Notes under the pieces: generated by a model
What the model saw: the letters and a program-made list of their open reading frames with translations, nothing else
What the model was told of the DNA's origin: nothing
The model's database searches: none
Part shown: positions 20,945 through 30,581 of the stretch, piece by piece
How positions within the stretch are numbered: the first letter of the stretch is position 1
Layout: the number at the start of each line of letters is the position of its first letter
Assembly: GCA_963717935.1 (NCBI GenBank)
Contig: CAVQXP010000004.1
Location: 1,266,240 to 1,330,239, forward strand
Source: Candidatus Eiseniibacteriota bacterium
GTDB taxonomy: Bacteria > Eisenbacteria > RBG-16-71-46
Reading direction: 5' to 3'
Length of the DNA stretch: 64,000 bases
Program-made: the position numbers and the translations under genes

Positions 20945-23704
20945 ATGCGCTGGTACACAGTAGTGCTTCTCCTGGGATGTTGTGGCGTGGCATACGCAGG
21001 AGACAACCAAACGGGCCAAGCATGTCTGAGTTGGTCCGCAGAAGGCGTGGTCACAAGGGACGACGCTGCTCCTCAAGCGCTATTCCCGGTCTTCGTACAC
21101 GTTGACGGCGCTCCAAGCATCAGCGGTCTCTCTGTATGTCTCCGCTGGAACCCAAGCTCGTACGTGTTGGTGAATCCACCGGCGGATTGGAAGGCTGATG
21201 TCGGATACAACGTTAATGTGGCTCCGCACGCCACGTTCGCAGACGACGCCGCATTTGACGCGACAATTGTCTTTCCAGCCCCTCCTGGCGATCACGCAGT
21301 CGTAGCCTATTGGTTCCGATATGCGGCCACGGGGGCACCGCCCCCTGCCACGTTCTGCCTCGCTCAAGTCAAGGCAATGGATGGCGCTGGCGCAATCGAT
21401 GATCTCGCGCTGCTTGATGGATTGAGTCTGGGCGGCCGCGCCGTGACTGACGGGTGTCCGCCGACTCCTTCGCACATTGCCAGGGGAAAGCTGCTCGTGC
21501 TGATGCGTGCGGAGGCTCTCAGCTCAGGGAGTGACCAGGAGCTAGCGTCCCCTGAGCAACTGTTGGCTTCTCGCGGAGCAGCAGACTCCCTTGCCGCCGC
21601 CGGGGTGCTTGCCATGGTGCGGATCTCCCCGGTGGGCCTGAGCGGCGGCACGTGTTCGCGCAATCTGATCGGTGAACCGATTGTGCTGCCTGACCCCGGC
21701 GCGGTCTACGTGGCCCATCTGCGTCCTGACGTTCTGGCGAAACGTGCCGCATTCGCGCTCTCGGACGTTAGCGCCGTCAGATCCGCACGACCAATTCCCC
21801 TCGTGCAACTCTACCACACGCCACAGGATCCTATGTTCAGCCGGCAATGGGCGCTCAGCAACACGTCCCAGACCTATGGCTGTACGCTTCCTGCCTTCAA
21901 TGCGAACACAGATATTCATCTGCCTGCTGCACTGGACATGACGGTCGCTCGTGGAGCTGGGGTGCGCGTCGGGGTATTGGACTCAGGGGTTCAAAGTGAC
22001 CACCCGGAGCTTATAGGTCGCGTTGAGGCAGGTCACAACGCCATAGCACACTCATATGGGTTGGACTGGGCGACTGAAGACAGCACGTCGCACGGCACGG
22101 CGGTGGCCGGCATCATCGCGGCTGCAAGTGACAACGGCATTGGTATAGCTGGCATCGCGGATGCCGCGACGATCGTGCCAATCCGCCTTAACTCCGGATA
22201 CTACTTTCCGCTGGAGGTTGGGACCAGTTGCATGTCTGACTTCCCCAGCTTCCCGCTAGATGCTGCGCTAGACGGGTTATGGTGGGCGACTGATTCTACG
22301 TCGACGATACCGATTCTCAACATGTCGTGGGGCACCGTAGCTCCGGAGGAGTACACTCCCTATCTTGCGACGGCCTGCCTTGCGGGACTGTTGAAGGGGC
22401 AGTTTCTGGTTGCGGCATCTGGAAACGACAACTGGGGCCATCCCGACTGGGTTCCGGCACCAGCCAGGTACGCGAAGCGGGTGTTTTCGGTCGGGGCGGT
22501 CTTCGGTAATGGTCTGCGATGGGATGACCGAGTGCTCCCCCAGCCGCTAGGTGGCTGGGGAATGTTCAGCGCGTTGTCAAGCTGGGTGTTGGGCTACCCG
22601 GTCCCCATCGGCTCGAACTGGGGCCCTCACCTAACTGCCGTGGCCCCTGGCGGACACATGATCGCTGCGCTGCGTATGTACACCTTGGTCGACTCGCTCT
22701 ATCGCTGGAAATACATTTTCGACTGCGCCCACAAGTATTTCGAAGTTGACTCGTGTGGCGTGAGTTATGCAGACATGGACTCCGTGGAATTCGGTGGGAC
22801 ATCTGCGGCGGCGCCAACCGTTGCGGGTGTGGCCGCTCTGATACTCGGAGAGCATCTAGGGGCCTTGGTGGGCGAGGACATAACCCAAACACTTATCCGG
22901 ACGGCGGTGGATCCGATCACTGGCGCTCCAAGCAGTGGGAGAAGCGACACGTTAGGGGCAGGGATGATCCGTGCCGACCGGGCACTGGCCTTTCTCGCTT
23001 CCCCGAAAATCATCGATCATCCCCGTGCCACCAGCCTCGCTGTTGCGGACGTAGACACGGTACAGGTCAGCTTCACAGGAGGCACGCCCGGGATTCCTGA
23101 TGGCCAGTACGATGCTGTTAGGTATCGCCTGGCCGGTCGCGCAGCGTTCTCTCAAGCGTTGTACGCAGATACTGGGTCGACATGGGTGCGGGCATCAGGA
23201 ACTCAAGGCATGCTGGATGTCTCTACGTACAACTACTTGGCGGATGTGCCGTTTGGGCGAATCACGTCCATAGACACATTGGGCGTTGACGTGGAGACCT
23301 TTGTCTACCAGGTCTTGAGTGGTGGCAACGTGCTCGCGTGGTATCCGTGCGACACCGCGTCAGCCGCGGTGGCAACGACTGCTGTCGGGTATCCCCCCGC
23401 CGTAGCGGGAGTGGGTGTAGAGCCTGCGCTTCGCTTTGGAATCACGGTTTCCCCTACCCCAACCCGAGGACGGGCAGTGCTGAGCCTCCTCTGCCCGGGG
23501 CCGGCAATTGTCGAGGCAGGTATCTACGACGTGCAGGGGCGGGTTGTGCGTCACCTTGGTCGTCGGTCAGTGGCAGGAGGAACTGTGCAGTATGTCTGGG
23601 ACGGTCGGCGAGATGACGGTGGATATGCAGCGGACGGCGTGTACTATGCGCGCGGGATCGCCAATGCTCAGTCGAAGGTCGTAAGGGTTGTCTTACTCAG
23701 ATGA
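20945..23704 (+). CDS. Secreted S8 (subtilisin-family) serine protease with an FlgD-Ig/T9SS-like C-terminal domain
   Basis: Signal peptide; triad GVLDSG / HGTAVAGII / GTSAAAPTVAG; C-terminus IYDVQGRVVRHL...WDGR...GVYYAR...RVVLLR; visibly lower GC than the core genes. Confidence 0.9.
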   Translation: MRWYTVVLLLGCCGVAYAGDNQTGQACLSWSAEGVVTRDDAAPQALFPVFVHVDGAPSISGLSVCLRWNPSSYVLVNPPADWKADVGYNVNVAPHATFADDAAFDATIVFPAPPGDHAVVAYWFRYAATGAPPPATFCLAQVKAMDGAGAIDDLALLDGLSLGGRAVTDGCPPTPSHIARGKLLVLMRAEALSSGSDQELASPEQLLASRGAADSLAAAGVLAMVRISPVGLSGGTCSRNLIGEPIVLPDPGAVYVAHLRPDVLAKRAAFALSDVSAVRSARPIPLVQLYHTPQDPMFSRQWALSNTSQTYGCTLPAFNANTDIHLPAALDMTVARGAGVRVGVLDSGVQSDHPELIGRVEAGHNAIAHSYGLDWATEDSTSHGTAVAGIIAAASDNGIGIAGIADAATIVPIRLNSGYYFPLEVGTSCMSDFPSFPLDAALDGLWWATDSTSTIPILNMSWGTVAPEEYTPYLATACLAGLLKGQFLVAASGNDNWGHPDWVPAPARYAKRVFSVGAVFGNGLRWDDRVLPQPLGGWGMFSALSSWVLGYPVPIGSNWGPHLTAVAPGGHMIAALRMYTLVDSLYRWKYIFDCAHKYFEVDSCGVSYADMDSVEFGGTSAAAPTVAGVAALILGEHLGALVGEDITQTLIRTAVDPITGAPSSGRSDTLGAGMIRADRALAFLASPKIIDHPRATSLAVADVDTVQVSFTGGTPGIPDGQYDAVRYRLAGRAAFSQALYADTGSTWVRASGTQGMLDVSTYNYLADVPFGRITSIDTLGVDVETFVYQVLSGGNVLAWYPCDTASAAVATTAVGYPPAVAGVGVEPALRFGITVSPTPTRGRAVLSLLCPGPAIVEAGIYDVQGRVVRHLGRRSVAGGTVQYVWDGRRDDGGYAADGVYYARGIANAQSKVVRVVLLR

Positions 23705-23905
23705 TAGCCGAGCTATCACATGCCCGATCGATGGCGTCGGACGGTTGAGGACTCACCCACGGCCACCCGGACGAGGGACGTGCTCGGGGCGTTTCGTCTA
23801 TTGACGCGATGGGATCTTTGGCGCATGCTTGTTGTGGCCGGGACAGGGGCAACCTGTCGTCACTTGCCTCTGAAATCGGTCGGAGGCAATTGTTCGGGAG
23901 GAACC

Positions 23906-24505
23906 GTGAAGACGCTCATCGCCATTCTTGTCCTCGCGATGGTGGGTTTAGTGCCCCCGATCGCCCGAGCGACGGCCGCTGACAGCTGCGGATATGCATA
24001 TGCGGACGACTTCACCACGAACGCCGTAGAGGTCGACAGCTACTCGCATACAAAGATTGAGGAGAGCTTCTGCTTTACGTGTGGAAGTGGATGGCTCATG
24101 TTTGCCACCGATTCGACCGGGAACCGCGGCCTTGGCTTCTATCCTGGCCTGCTATACGGCTCGCAGAACGCCTATGTGACGTACCGATTTCCGCAGGACG
24201 GCATCGCAGGAGGGATGGTCGGCAGTCTGGCATTCGACGCTCTGTGCTATGTCGGTCTTACTGGGGATGGTGGGTTTGCTTGGGCCGATGTAGTCGTCCT
24301 CTATGACGACGTGTACGCAGCAACGGCGCACATCTCAGAACCTGGCCACTACAGGTTCGAACTAGCACCGCCCCTGACGGCGTCGAAGGTGTACCTCCAC
24401 ATCACTGGTCAGCTGTTCCGGTTGGACAATCTGTCCGTATGCTTGGACGTCTCGACGCCAACCCGCACCACGACGTGGGGAAGGCTCAAAGCGTTCTACC
24501 GTTGA
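23906..24505 (+). CDS. Secreted hypothetical protein with C-terminal TTWGRLKAFYR motif
   Basis: GGAGG RBS plus GTG; signal peptide KTLIAILVLAMVG; terminal motif. Confidence 0.75.
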   Translation: MKTLIAILVLAMVGLVPPIARATAADSCGYAYADDFTTNAVEVDSYSHTKIEESFCFTCGSGWLMFATDSTGNRGLGFYPGLLYGSQNAYVTYRFPQDGIAGGMVGSLAFDALCYVGLTGDGGFAWADVVVLYDDVYAATAHISEPGHYRFELAPPLTASKVYLHITGQLFRLDNLSVCLDVSTPTRTTTWGRLKAFYR

Positions 24506-24571
24506 CGGTAATCAGCCAACACTCTTGCGGGCCGGTCCTCTTGGATTGGTCCGCATCGTCTTGTATCCTAA

Positions 24572-24709
24572 GTCGCGCGCCTCGCGGCCGGTGGCGTCGG
24601 GGAGCCCGACGAGGACGAAGCCGGGCAGGCCGGGCCCGACATCCACCTCGCACTCGACCGGGAGCGCCTCCAGGCCCCAGAGGGCGGCCGTCCGCACGCG
24701 GCTCAGCAT
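24572..24709 (-). pseudogene. comM: Orphan 5' fragment of comM (46 codons)
   Basis: [12 protein letters not shown]...GREARD identical to the intact comM, then unrelated sequence. Confidence 0.92.
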
Positions 24710-24772
24710 GGGCCTGCTCCCGGGGAGGCGGGTCGCGGGGGTGACGCCCGGAGCAACGCAAGCGCCGCGCCA
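24572..24772. repeat. 201-bp direct repeat, copy 2
   Basis: Partner of 20201-20401. Confidence 0.95.
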
Positions 24773-24958
24773 GCTTGCGGTCAGGCCGGCGGGGGCGGGG
24801 CGGCCGCTGAGCTCCGGAGCCTCTGCAGGCCCGGGCGCCGCGGCCATCTGCCACTGCCCGGGCCGATGCCCGCCGGGGACGCTGCGGCAGCACTCGATTT
24901 GCGCTCAACCTCCTGGGCTGCTGGTCGATAACCCACTCCTGGACGCCCACCACCGGGA

Positions 24959-27295
24959 GTGACGCCATTGCGGCAAGGACGCTCGGAACCCACTCATCAT
25001 CCAGAGCACGATCTCGCACGAACGCTGGTGGGTGAACTCACCGCGGCGTTCTCGCCACGCGAGGCCGCGGCCGAGGTCCGGCTTCTCCTGAAGTCGCTGC
25101 GGATCGCGCTGCCCGGTGCGGGTCAGCGTCGATTGCGTGTCGTCCTCACGCGTGCGGCCCGCCGCTGGCGTCGGCGGGGCCTGGGTGACGACGCCGTGGC
25201 GCGGATGGTGCTGGAGTTGGCCGCGCCGGGGGTCCTCCGCACCATCCCGCGCGCCCTCCCGGGGTCCGGCTGCGCGCTGAGGGCCGTGTTGGACTCGGTG
25301 CCCATCCCCATGATCACCGGGGACCGGGATCTGCGGGTCACCGTGTGCAATGCCGCCTTCGAGGAACTCGTCCACGAGTCGAACGCCGCGCTCGAGGGCA
25401 GGCCGCTGTCGGAGCTGCTGGGGCCCGAATGCCGTGAGGACCTGCCCCGGCAGCTCGAAGCGATGAACTCCGGCGCCGGTGCGATGCAGATCGGCCGCAT
25501 GACCCTGGTCAGCGTGCCCGGGGCGGAGTTCCTCGGGGCATGGATCCCGCTCCGGCAGCCTGACGGAGTGGGGACCTGGCTGCTGCGGTTGGCCTCGGGC
25601 TCCGCCGCGTCGCTCGAGACCCTGGGCGAGCAGTTGCGCCAGGAGGAATCGCAGAAGGAAAAACTCACCGCGCTGCTCACCGTGAGCAACGCGGTGGTGA
25701 CCTCGCTCGAGCTGGACCAGATCCTCGACACCATCGCGCGTGAGGTCCGCAAGGTCATCCAGGTGGACGAGTGCATCGTATTCCTGCTCGACGAGGCGCA
25801 GAAGGTGCTCGTGCCGGCGGCCTGCGACGTGCAGGAGTTCCGCGACGAGGTCATGGCCATCCGCCTGCCGGTGGGCCAGGGCGTGACGGGCAGCGTGGTG
25901 CTGACCGGAAGGGGCGAGATCGTCAACGGTGCCCTGGATGACCCGCGGGCCGTCCAGGTGCCGGGCACGCCGGTCGAGCAGTCGGCGCTGCTCTGCGTCC
26001 CCCTGCTGGTGCGCGAGGAGGTGGCCGGGGCCATCACGCTCACGCGGGCCGGAGGCCGCGTCTTCCAGAACGAGGACCTGGAGCTGGCGACGCTGTTCGC
26101 CGGCCAGTGCAGTGCGGCCATCTCGAATGCGCGCCTCTACGAGGAGATCCGGCGCGCCTACCACGAGCTGCGCGAGGCCCAGTCTCAGCTGGTGCAGTCG
26201 GCCAAGCTCAACGCCCTCGGCGAGATGGCGGGTGGCGTGGCCCACGACTTCAACAACATCCTGGCCGCGATCCTGGGGCGCGCGCAGTTGCTGCTGCAGG
26301 GTGTTTCGGACGAGGGGCAGCGCCGCCAGCTCGAGATCATCGAGCGGGCCGCCCTCGACGGTGCGCAGGCGGTGCGCCGGGTGCAGGAATTCACGCGCCT
26401 GCGGCAGGACGAGCACTTCGAGGCACTGGACGTAAAGGAGGTGCTGCAGGGCGTGCTCGATCTGACGCGCTCGGCCTGGGAGGCGGAGTCCAAGCGGCGC
26501 GGCATCGCGCTGGCGGCCGTCCTCGACCTGCGCGCCGGGCAGCTCGTCGCGGGCAATGCCTCGGAGCTGCGCGAGGTCTTCACGAACCTGGTCCTGAACG
26601 CGCTCGACGCCATGCCGTGGGGTGGCACGCTCACGCTCTCGAGCGCCGACGCGGATGGCGAGGTCTGCATCCGCGTGAGCGACACCGGCGTGGGGATGGA
26701 CGCCGAGACGCGCGGGCACATCTTCGACCCCTTCTTCACCACCAAGCTGGTCAAGGGCACCGGGCTCGGCCTCTCGGTGGCCTACGGCATCATCACGCGC
26801 CACCACGGCCGCATCGAGGTCGAGTCCGAGCCGGATTGCGGCAGCGTCTTCAGCGTCTGGCTGCCTGCGGCGCTGGCGCGCCAGGCGGAGCCCGAGGTGC
26901 CATCGGACGCGCCGTTGCCGCGCCTGCGCGTGCTGGCGGTGGACGACGAGGAGCCGGTGGTGCAGGTGCTCGGCGACCTGCTCGCCGCGCTGGGCCAGGA
27001 GGTGGAGATCGCCCTGGGCGGCGCGGCGGGGCTCGAGCGCTACTCACCCGAGCGTTTCGACGTGGTGTTCACCGACCTCGGCATGCCCGGGGTGAACGGC
27101 TGGGACGTGGTGCAGACGGTCAAGTCGCGCTCACCGGACACGCCGGTCGTGATCGTCACCGGCTGGGGGGCGCAGATCGAGGGTGGGGCCTTGCGCGCGC
27201 GGGGCGCGGACTACGTGATCCCCAAGCCCTTCTCGCTCGAAGATGTCCGGGAGGTGCTGCGGCAGCTGAGCGTGGGCCCCGCACGTGCCGCCTGA
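24959..27295 (+). CDS. Hybrid sensor histidine kinase (PAS-GAF-HisKA-HATPase-REC)
   Basis: AHDFNNIL, NLVLNALDAM, DTGVGM, FFTTK, GTGLGL; receiver VDDEE...TDLGMP...KPF. Confidence 0.93.
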   Translation: MTPLRQGRSEPTHHPEHDLARTLVGELTAAFSPREAAAEVRLLLKSLRIALPGAGQRRLRVVLTRAARRWRRRGLGDDAVARMVLELAAPGVLRTIPRALPGSGCALRAVLDSVPIPMITGDRDLRVTVCNAAFEELVHESNAALEGRPLSELLGPECREDLPRQLEAMNSGAGAMQIGRMTLVSVPGAEFLGAWIPLRQPDGVGTWLLRLASGSAASLETLGEQLRQEESQKEKLTALLTVSNAVVTSLELDQILDTIAREVRKVIQVDECIVFLLDEAQKVLVPAACDVQEFRDEVMAIRLPVGQGVTGSVVLTGRGEIVNGALDDPRAVQVPGTPVEQSALLCVPLLVREEVAGAITLTRAGGRVFQNEDLELATLFAGQCSAAISNARLYEEIRRAYHELREAQSQLVQSAKLNALGEMAGGVAHDFNNILAAILGRAQLLLQGVSDEGQRRQLEIIERAALDGAQAVRRVQEFTRLRQDEHFEALDVKEVLQGVLDLTRSAWEAESKRRGIALAAVLDLRAGQLVAGNASELREVFTNLVLNALDAMPWGGTLTLSSADADGEVCIRVSDTGVGMDAETRGHIFDPFFTTKLVKGTGLGLSVAYGIITRHHGRIEVESEPDCGSVFSVWLPAALARQAEPEVPSDAPLPRLRVLAVDDEEPVVQVLGDLLAALGQEVEIALGGAAGLERYSPERFDVVFTDLGMPGVNGWDVVQTVKSRSPDTPVVIVTGWGAQIEGGALRARGADYVIPKPFSLEDVREVLRQLSVGPARAA

Positions 27296-27317
27296 GGCGT
27301 CCGGTCTCCTCCGTGTG

Positions 27318-27363
27318 AACGAGTGTGCGCCCGCCCCGGGTGGGGGGCGGGCGCACACTCGTT
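27318..27363. terminator. Long hairpin between convergent genes
   Basis: AACGAGTGTGCGCCCGCCCC...GGGGCGGGCGCACACTCGTT, 20-bp stem. Confidence 0.7.
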
Positions 27364-27382
27364 GGGCGCGTGTTCCCGGCGG

Positions 27383-27988
27383 TCAGCGCGTGCTGCCGGG
27401 CAGGGTCGCGCCGGGTGCCGCGAGGACCAGGGCGGTCGAGACCAGCCGCGCGTAGCCGCCCTCGGGCACGCCCGTGCGGTCGAAGCCGCGGACGCGGCCC
27501 GAGCGGTCCACCACGAACCACGCGGGCGCGGCGTGACGCGTCGCGGGGTCGAGCGCGCTGAACTGCGTGGCGATGATGTTCCGCGAGTCGGGGATGAGCG
27601 TGAAGTGCAGGCCGAGCCGGCGGGCCAGACTCGCGACCCCTGTCGCGCTCCGGTCCAACACGGCAGCCGGCACCACGCGCAGGTCGAGCAGGCGGTCCCG
27701 GTCGCGCTCGAGCGCCAGCAATTGCGCTTCGGTCGGCGAGAACACGAGCAGCACGTGGCCCTGCGCCCTCAGGTCGCGCAGCCGCTGTGGACGCGAGCCC
27801 GGGCCGTCCCAGGCCACGTCGGGCGCCGAGTCGCCGGTCGTCACGACCAGGACGGGTGGCTCGACCCCGGTCGATGCGAGCGTGACAGGCACGTGCGACG
27901 TCTCGACGTTGGTGGGGATGTGGACCTGCGGGGTCGAGGCGACCAGAACGAAACAGGTCGCGGCGACGACGGCGGGGGAGAGTCTCAA
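27383..27988 (-). CDS. Exported AhpC/TSA (redoxin-fold) protein lacking the catalytic Cys
   Basis: GDSAPD...RLRDL...VLLVF...LIPD...WFVVDRSGRVR. Confidence 0.7.
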   Translation of the reverse strand: MRLSPAVVAATCFVLVASTPQVHIPTNVETSHVPVTLASTGVEPPVLVVTTGDSAPDVAWDGPGSRPQRLRDLRAQGHVLLVFSPTEAQLLALERDRDRLLDLRVVPAAVLDRSATGVASLARRLGLHFTLIPDSRNIIATQFSALDPATRHAAPAWFVVDRSGRVRGFDRTGVPEGGYARLVSTALVLAAPGATLPGSTR

Positions 27989-28141
27989 GTGGGCCTCCGG
28001 GCGTGCGTGGTGGCAGGAACGACGAACCGCCCAGAGTCATCGGCAGGGAGACGGACGGACTTGAGCCCGCCCGCCTCCCTGCCGCCTGCAAACGCACGGA
28101 CGCGCGCCCGCCTTCGAGGGAGGCGCCGCCTCGCCCGGGCC

Positions 28142-28726
28142 TCAGGATCCGGTGACGGAGCTCTTCACCAGTGCCAGCATCTCGTCGAGGGCGATCTGCT
28201 GGCCGAGCAGGGCCATGCGCACCACACCCTGGCGGTCGATCAGCACGAAGCCCGGCCGCACCAGCCGCATCTTGGTGTCGTAGAGCCCGTAGAGCTGACT
28301 GATCTCGCCGGTGACATCGGAGAGCAGGATGACGGGCAGTTGCTCCCGCTCGGCGTGGGACTTCAGGACGTGCGCCTTGTCGGCGCAGATGCCGTAGGGC
28401 TTCACTCCCAGCCGGCGCAGGTCGGGTTCGATCTCCTTCAGGGGTGCCAGGTCCTTGCGGCGGTCGGCAAAGACCAGCAGGATCCGGTAGCCCTTGAGGT
28501 GCGCGAGCCGCACCGGCCGGCCCTGCGAGCCGTCGAGCTCGAAGTCGGGCGCCTGCTCCCCGACGTAGACCTGGCTCAGGATACGGCTCCCCTGCGGGGC
28601 GGGCGAGATCGGGCTCTCCTTGGTGGTCGGAGATGTCACGGGCGCCTTCGACTTGCTCGCCTCGTCGGCGCGGGTGGCACCCGCCAGCGCCAGCAGCATC
28701 ACGATCGTGAAGAGTGAACGTCTCAT
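28142..28726 (-). CDS. Exported AhpC/TSA (redoxin-fold) protein lacking the catalytic Cys motif
   Basis: VGEQAPDFEL...VRLAHLKG...LLVF...LLSDVTGEISQLYG...FVLIDRQGVVR. Confidence 0.8.
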   Translation of the reverse strand: MRRSLFTIVMLLALAGATRADEASKSKAPVTSPTTKESPISPAPQGSRILSQVYVGEQAPDFELDGSQGRPVRLAHLKGYRILLVFADRRKDLAPLKEIEPDLRRLGVKPYGICADKAHVLKSHAEREQLPVILLSDVTGEISQLYGLYDTKMRLVRPGFVLIDRQGVVRMALLGQQIALDEMLALVKSSVTGS

Positions 28727-28766
28727 GGCCCCACCTCCCGGTTCGGGTACGAGCTTCAGCGCACGA

Positions 28767-29780
28767 TCATCTCTCCAATGACGTCGGCAGCCGCGTGGAC
28801 GCCACCGCGTCCCGCACGGCGTGCAGGTTCTCCGCCGGAGTGCCCGGTGGGATCGAGCAACCGGGTGCGGCGAGCCAGCGGCGTCCCGCAGTCTCGGCCA
28901 GCGCGGCGCCGTACTCCGCCAGCGCGGCCCCGGGACCGGCCGCCTGCAGCGCACCGTCCTGGGAGATCCCGCCCATCACCGCGGCCCCGAGGCGCTCGAG
29001 CGCCTCGCGCAGCGTGGGATTCGTCGGGTCGGTCGTGGCCCACGAGAAGGCCGCGACCGGGTAGTCCCCGAACTCGAACAGCAGGTTCCTGCGCTTGCAG
29101 ACGTGCAGGACGTTGAAGGGAGCGCCCGCCGCCGCGGCCAGCACGCGCAGGTCGAAGGGGCGCGCCCAGGCGCGGTACTGCGCGGGCGTGAGCAGGTCCG
29201 CCGAGGCCCAGTCCACGGTGGCGAAGTAGATGCCGTCGGCCCCGGCGCGCAGCACCTCGCGCACGAAGGGCTCGTAGGTGGCCGTCACCGCCTCGAGCGC
29301 TCCGCGCACGAGGCCGGGATGCGAGTCGAGTTGAGCGCGCAGCTCCCCGGGGGTCTCGACCATCTCGCCCAGCACGGCGAGCGGCGTGAAGATCGTCTCG
29401 ATGAGCGGCACTTCGGCCGGCAGTGCCCGGCGCAGCAGGCGCACCGCCTCGATCTGCTCGCCCAGCGCCCCCGCGGTGGGCGGCCGCGGCGTGACGTGCG
29501 CCCAGTCCGTGGGGGCGTGCACGGGCCACGACTCGAGCCCGGGCTTCACGTCCGGCACGCCCGGGTAGCGGTAGCGCACGCCCCAGGGCTCGACGTGGCA
29601 GTGCTTCCGCGGGTTGAGCTTCACCCAGTCCCAGCGGTACTCGCGCCAGAACTCGAGCGTGGCCTCGACCAGCTCGGCCGCGCTGCTCTCGCGATGATAG
29701 AAGTGGCCCCAGAAGGACACCGGGGGCCGATCCACGGCACGGCCCTCGAGGGCAGCCCAGACCCGTTCGCGAGACGTCAT
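28767..29780 (-). CDS. Uroporphyrinogen decarboxylase (URO-D/CIMS) family protein
   Basis: MTSRERVWAALEG.AVDRPPV, TIFTPL, AGADGIYF, LHVC, APGCSIP. Confidence 0.85.
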   Translation of the reverse strand: MTSRERVWAALEGRAVDRPPVSFWGHFYHRESSAAELVEATLEFWREYRWDWVKLNPRKHCHVEPWGVRYRYPGVPDVKPGLESWPVHAPTDWAHVTPRPPTAGALGEQIEAVRLLRRALPAEVPLIETIFTPLAVLGEMVETPGELRAQLDSHPGLVRGALEAVTATYEPFVREVLRAGADGIYFATVDWASADLLTPAQYRAWARPFDLRVLAAAAGAPFNVLHVCKRRNLLFEFGDYPVAAFSWATTDPTNPTLREALERLGAAVMGGISQDGALQAAGPGAALAEYGAALAETAGRRWLAAPGCSIPPGTPAENLHAVRDAVASTRLPTSLER

Positions 29781-29963
29781 GCTGCCTCCCAGGGGTGCCC
29801 CGTGGCGGAGGCGCGGCCAATCGGCCCCGCCCGGCGGGGGCCGGTGGAACGGCCCGGGACGCAACCCGGCGCCACTCCTCTGCGATCACTCTAGACCCCG
29901 GGGTGGTTCGCGACAAGAGCCGGGCACTTTGCGCCGCGGGCGCTCTGCCCCTAGCGTTACGGC

Positions 29964-30581
29964 ATGCGGAAGGACCCGGGGTTGGGCTTCGGAGCGGGGG
30001 TGACCCGGGTGTGCCTTCCGCTCGCGCTCCTGCTCGCGGCCGGGTGCTCCCGGACCCCGTCGCCTGCGGCCTCGCGGCCGCCGGCTCCGCCCGTCTCCGT
30101 CCCGCTCGCCGTGCACGTCTACGCTGACACCGGCCGCGGTGGCCGCCTCGAAGTGCGTCCGCCCGCCGCCCGCGTCTGGCTCGCGAGGGTCTCCCCGACG
30201 CGCGCGCTCCCGACCGTGCCGGCTCTACCCGAGGCGCTCCCCGACAGCCTGCCGCCGCTCGAGGAGACTCCGCCCGGGCTCGAGGTGGACCCGGGGCTCA
30301 AGCCGCCCATCCTGCGCGCGCCCGGGACGCTGACGCTGCCGCCCGGCTGGGATGGCCCGCGGACGAGCGTGGATCTGGACGTGCGCGTGGACGAATCGGG
30401 CCGGGTGAGCGACGCGCTCCCGGCCCTGGTGGATGGCGACGCGGCGGCGATCGAGGCGGAGCTGGTCGAGGCGGCGCGCCGCTGCGCCTTCGGGATGCGC
30501 TTCTACCCGGCGCTCCAGGGCGGGCGAGCCGTGCCGGTGTGGTGCCGGCAACGCTTCGACTTCGGTGGGGCGCGGCGATGA
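29964..30581 (+). CDS. TonB C-terminal domain lipoprotein
   Basis: LAAGC lipobox, Pro-rich linker, VRVDESGRV...RFYPA.QGG.AVPVW. Confidence 0.75.
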   Translation: MRKDPGLGFGAGVTRVCLPLALLLAAGCSRTPSPAASRPPAPPVSVPLAVHVYADTGRGGRLEVRPPAARVWLARVSPTRALPTVPALPEALPDSLPPLEETPPGLEVDPGLKPPILRAPGTLTLPPGWDGPRTSVDLDVRVDESGRVSDALPALVDGDAAAIEAELVEAARRCAFGMRFYPALQGGRAVPVWCRQRFDFGGARR

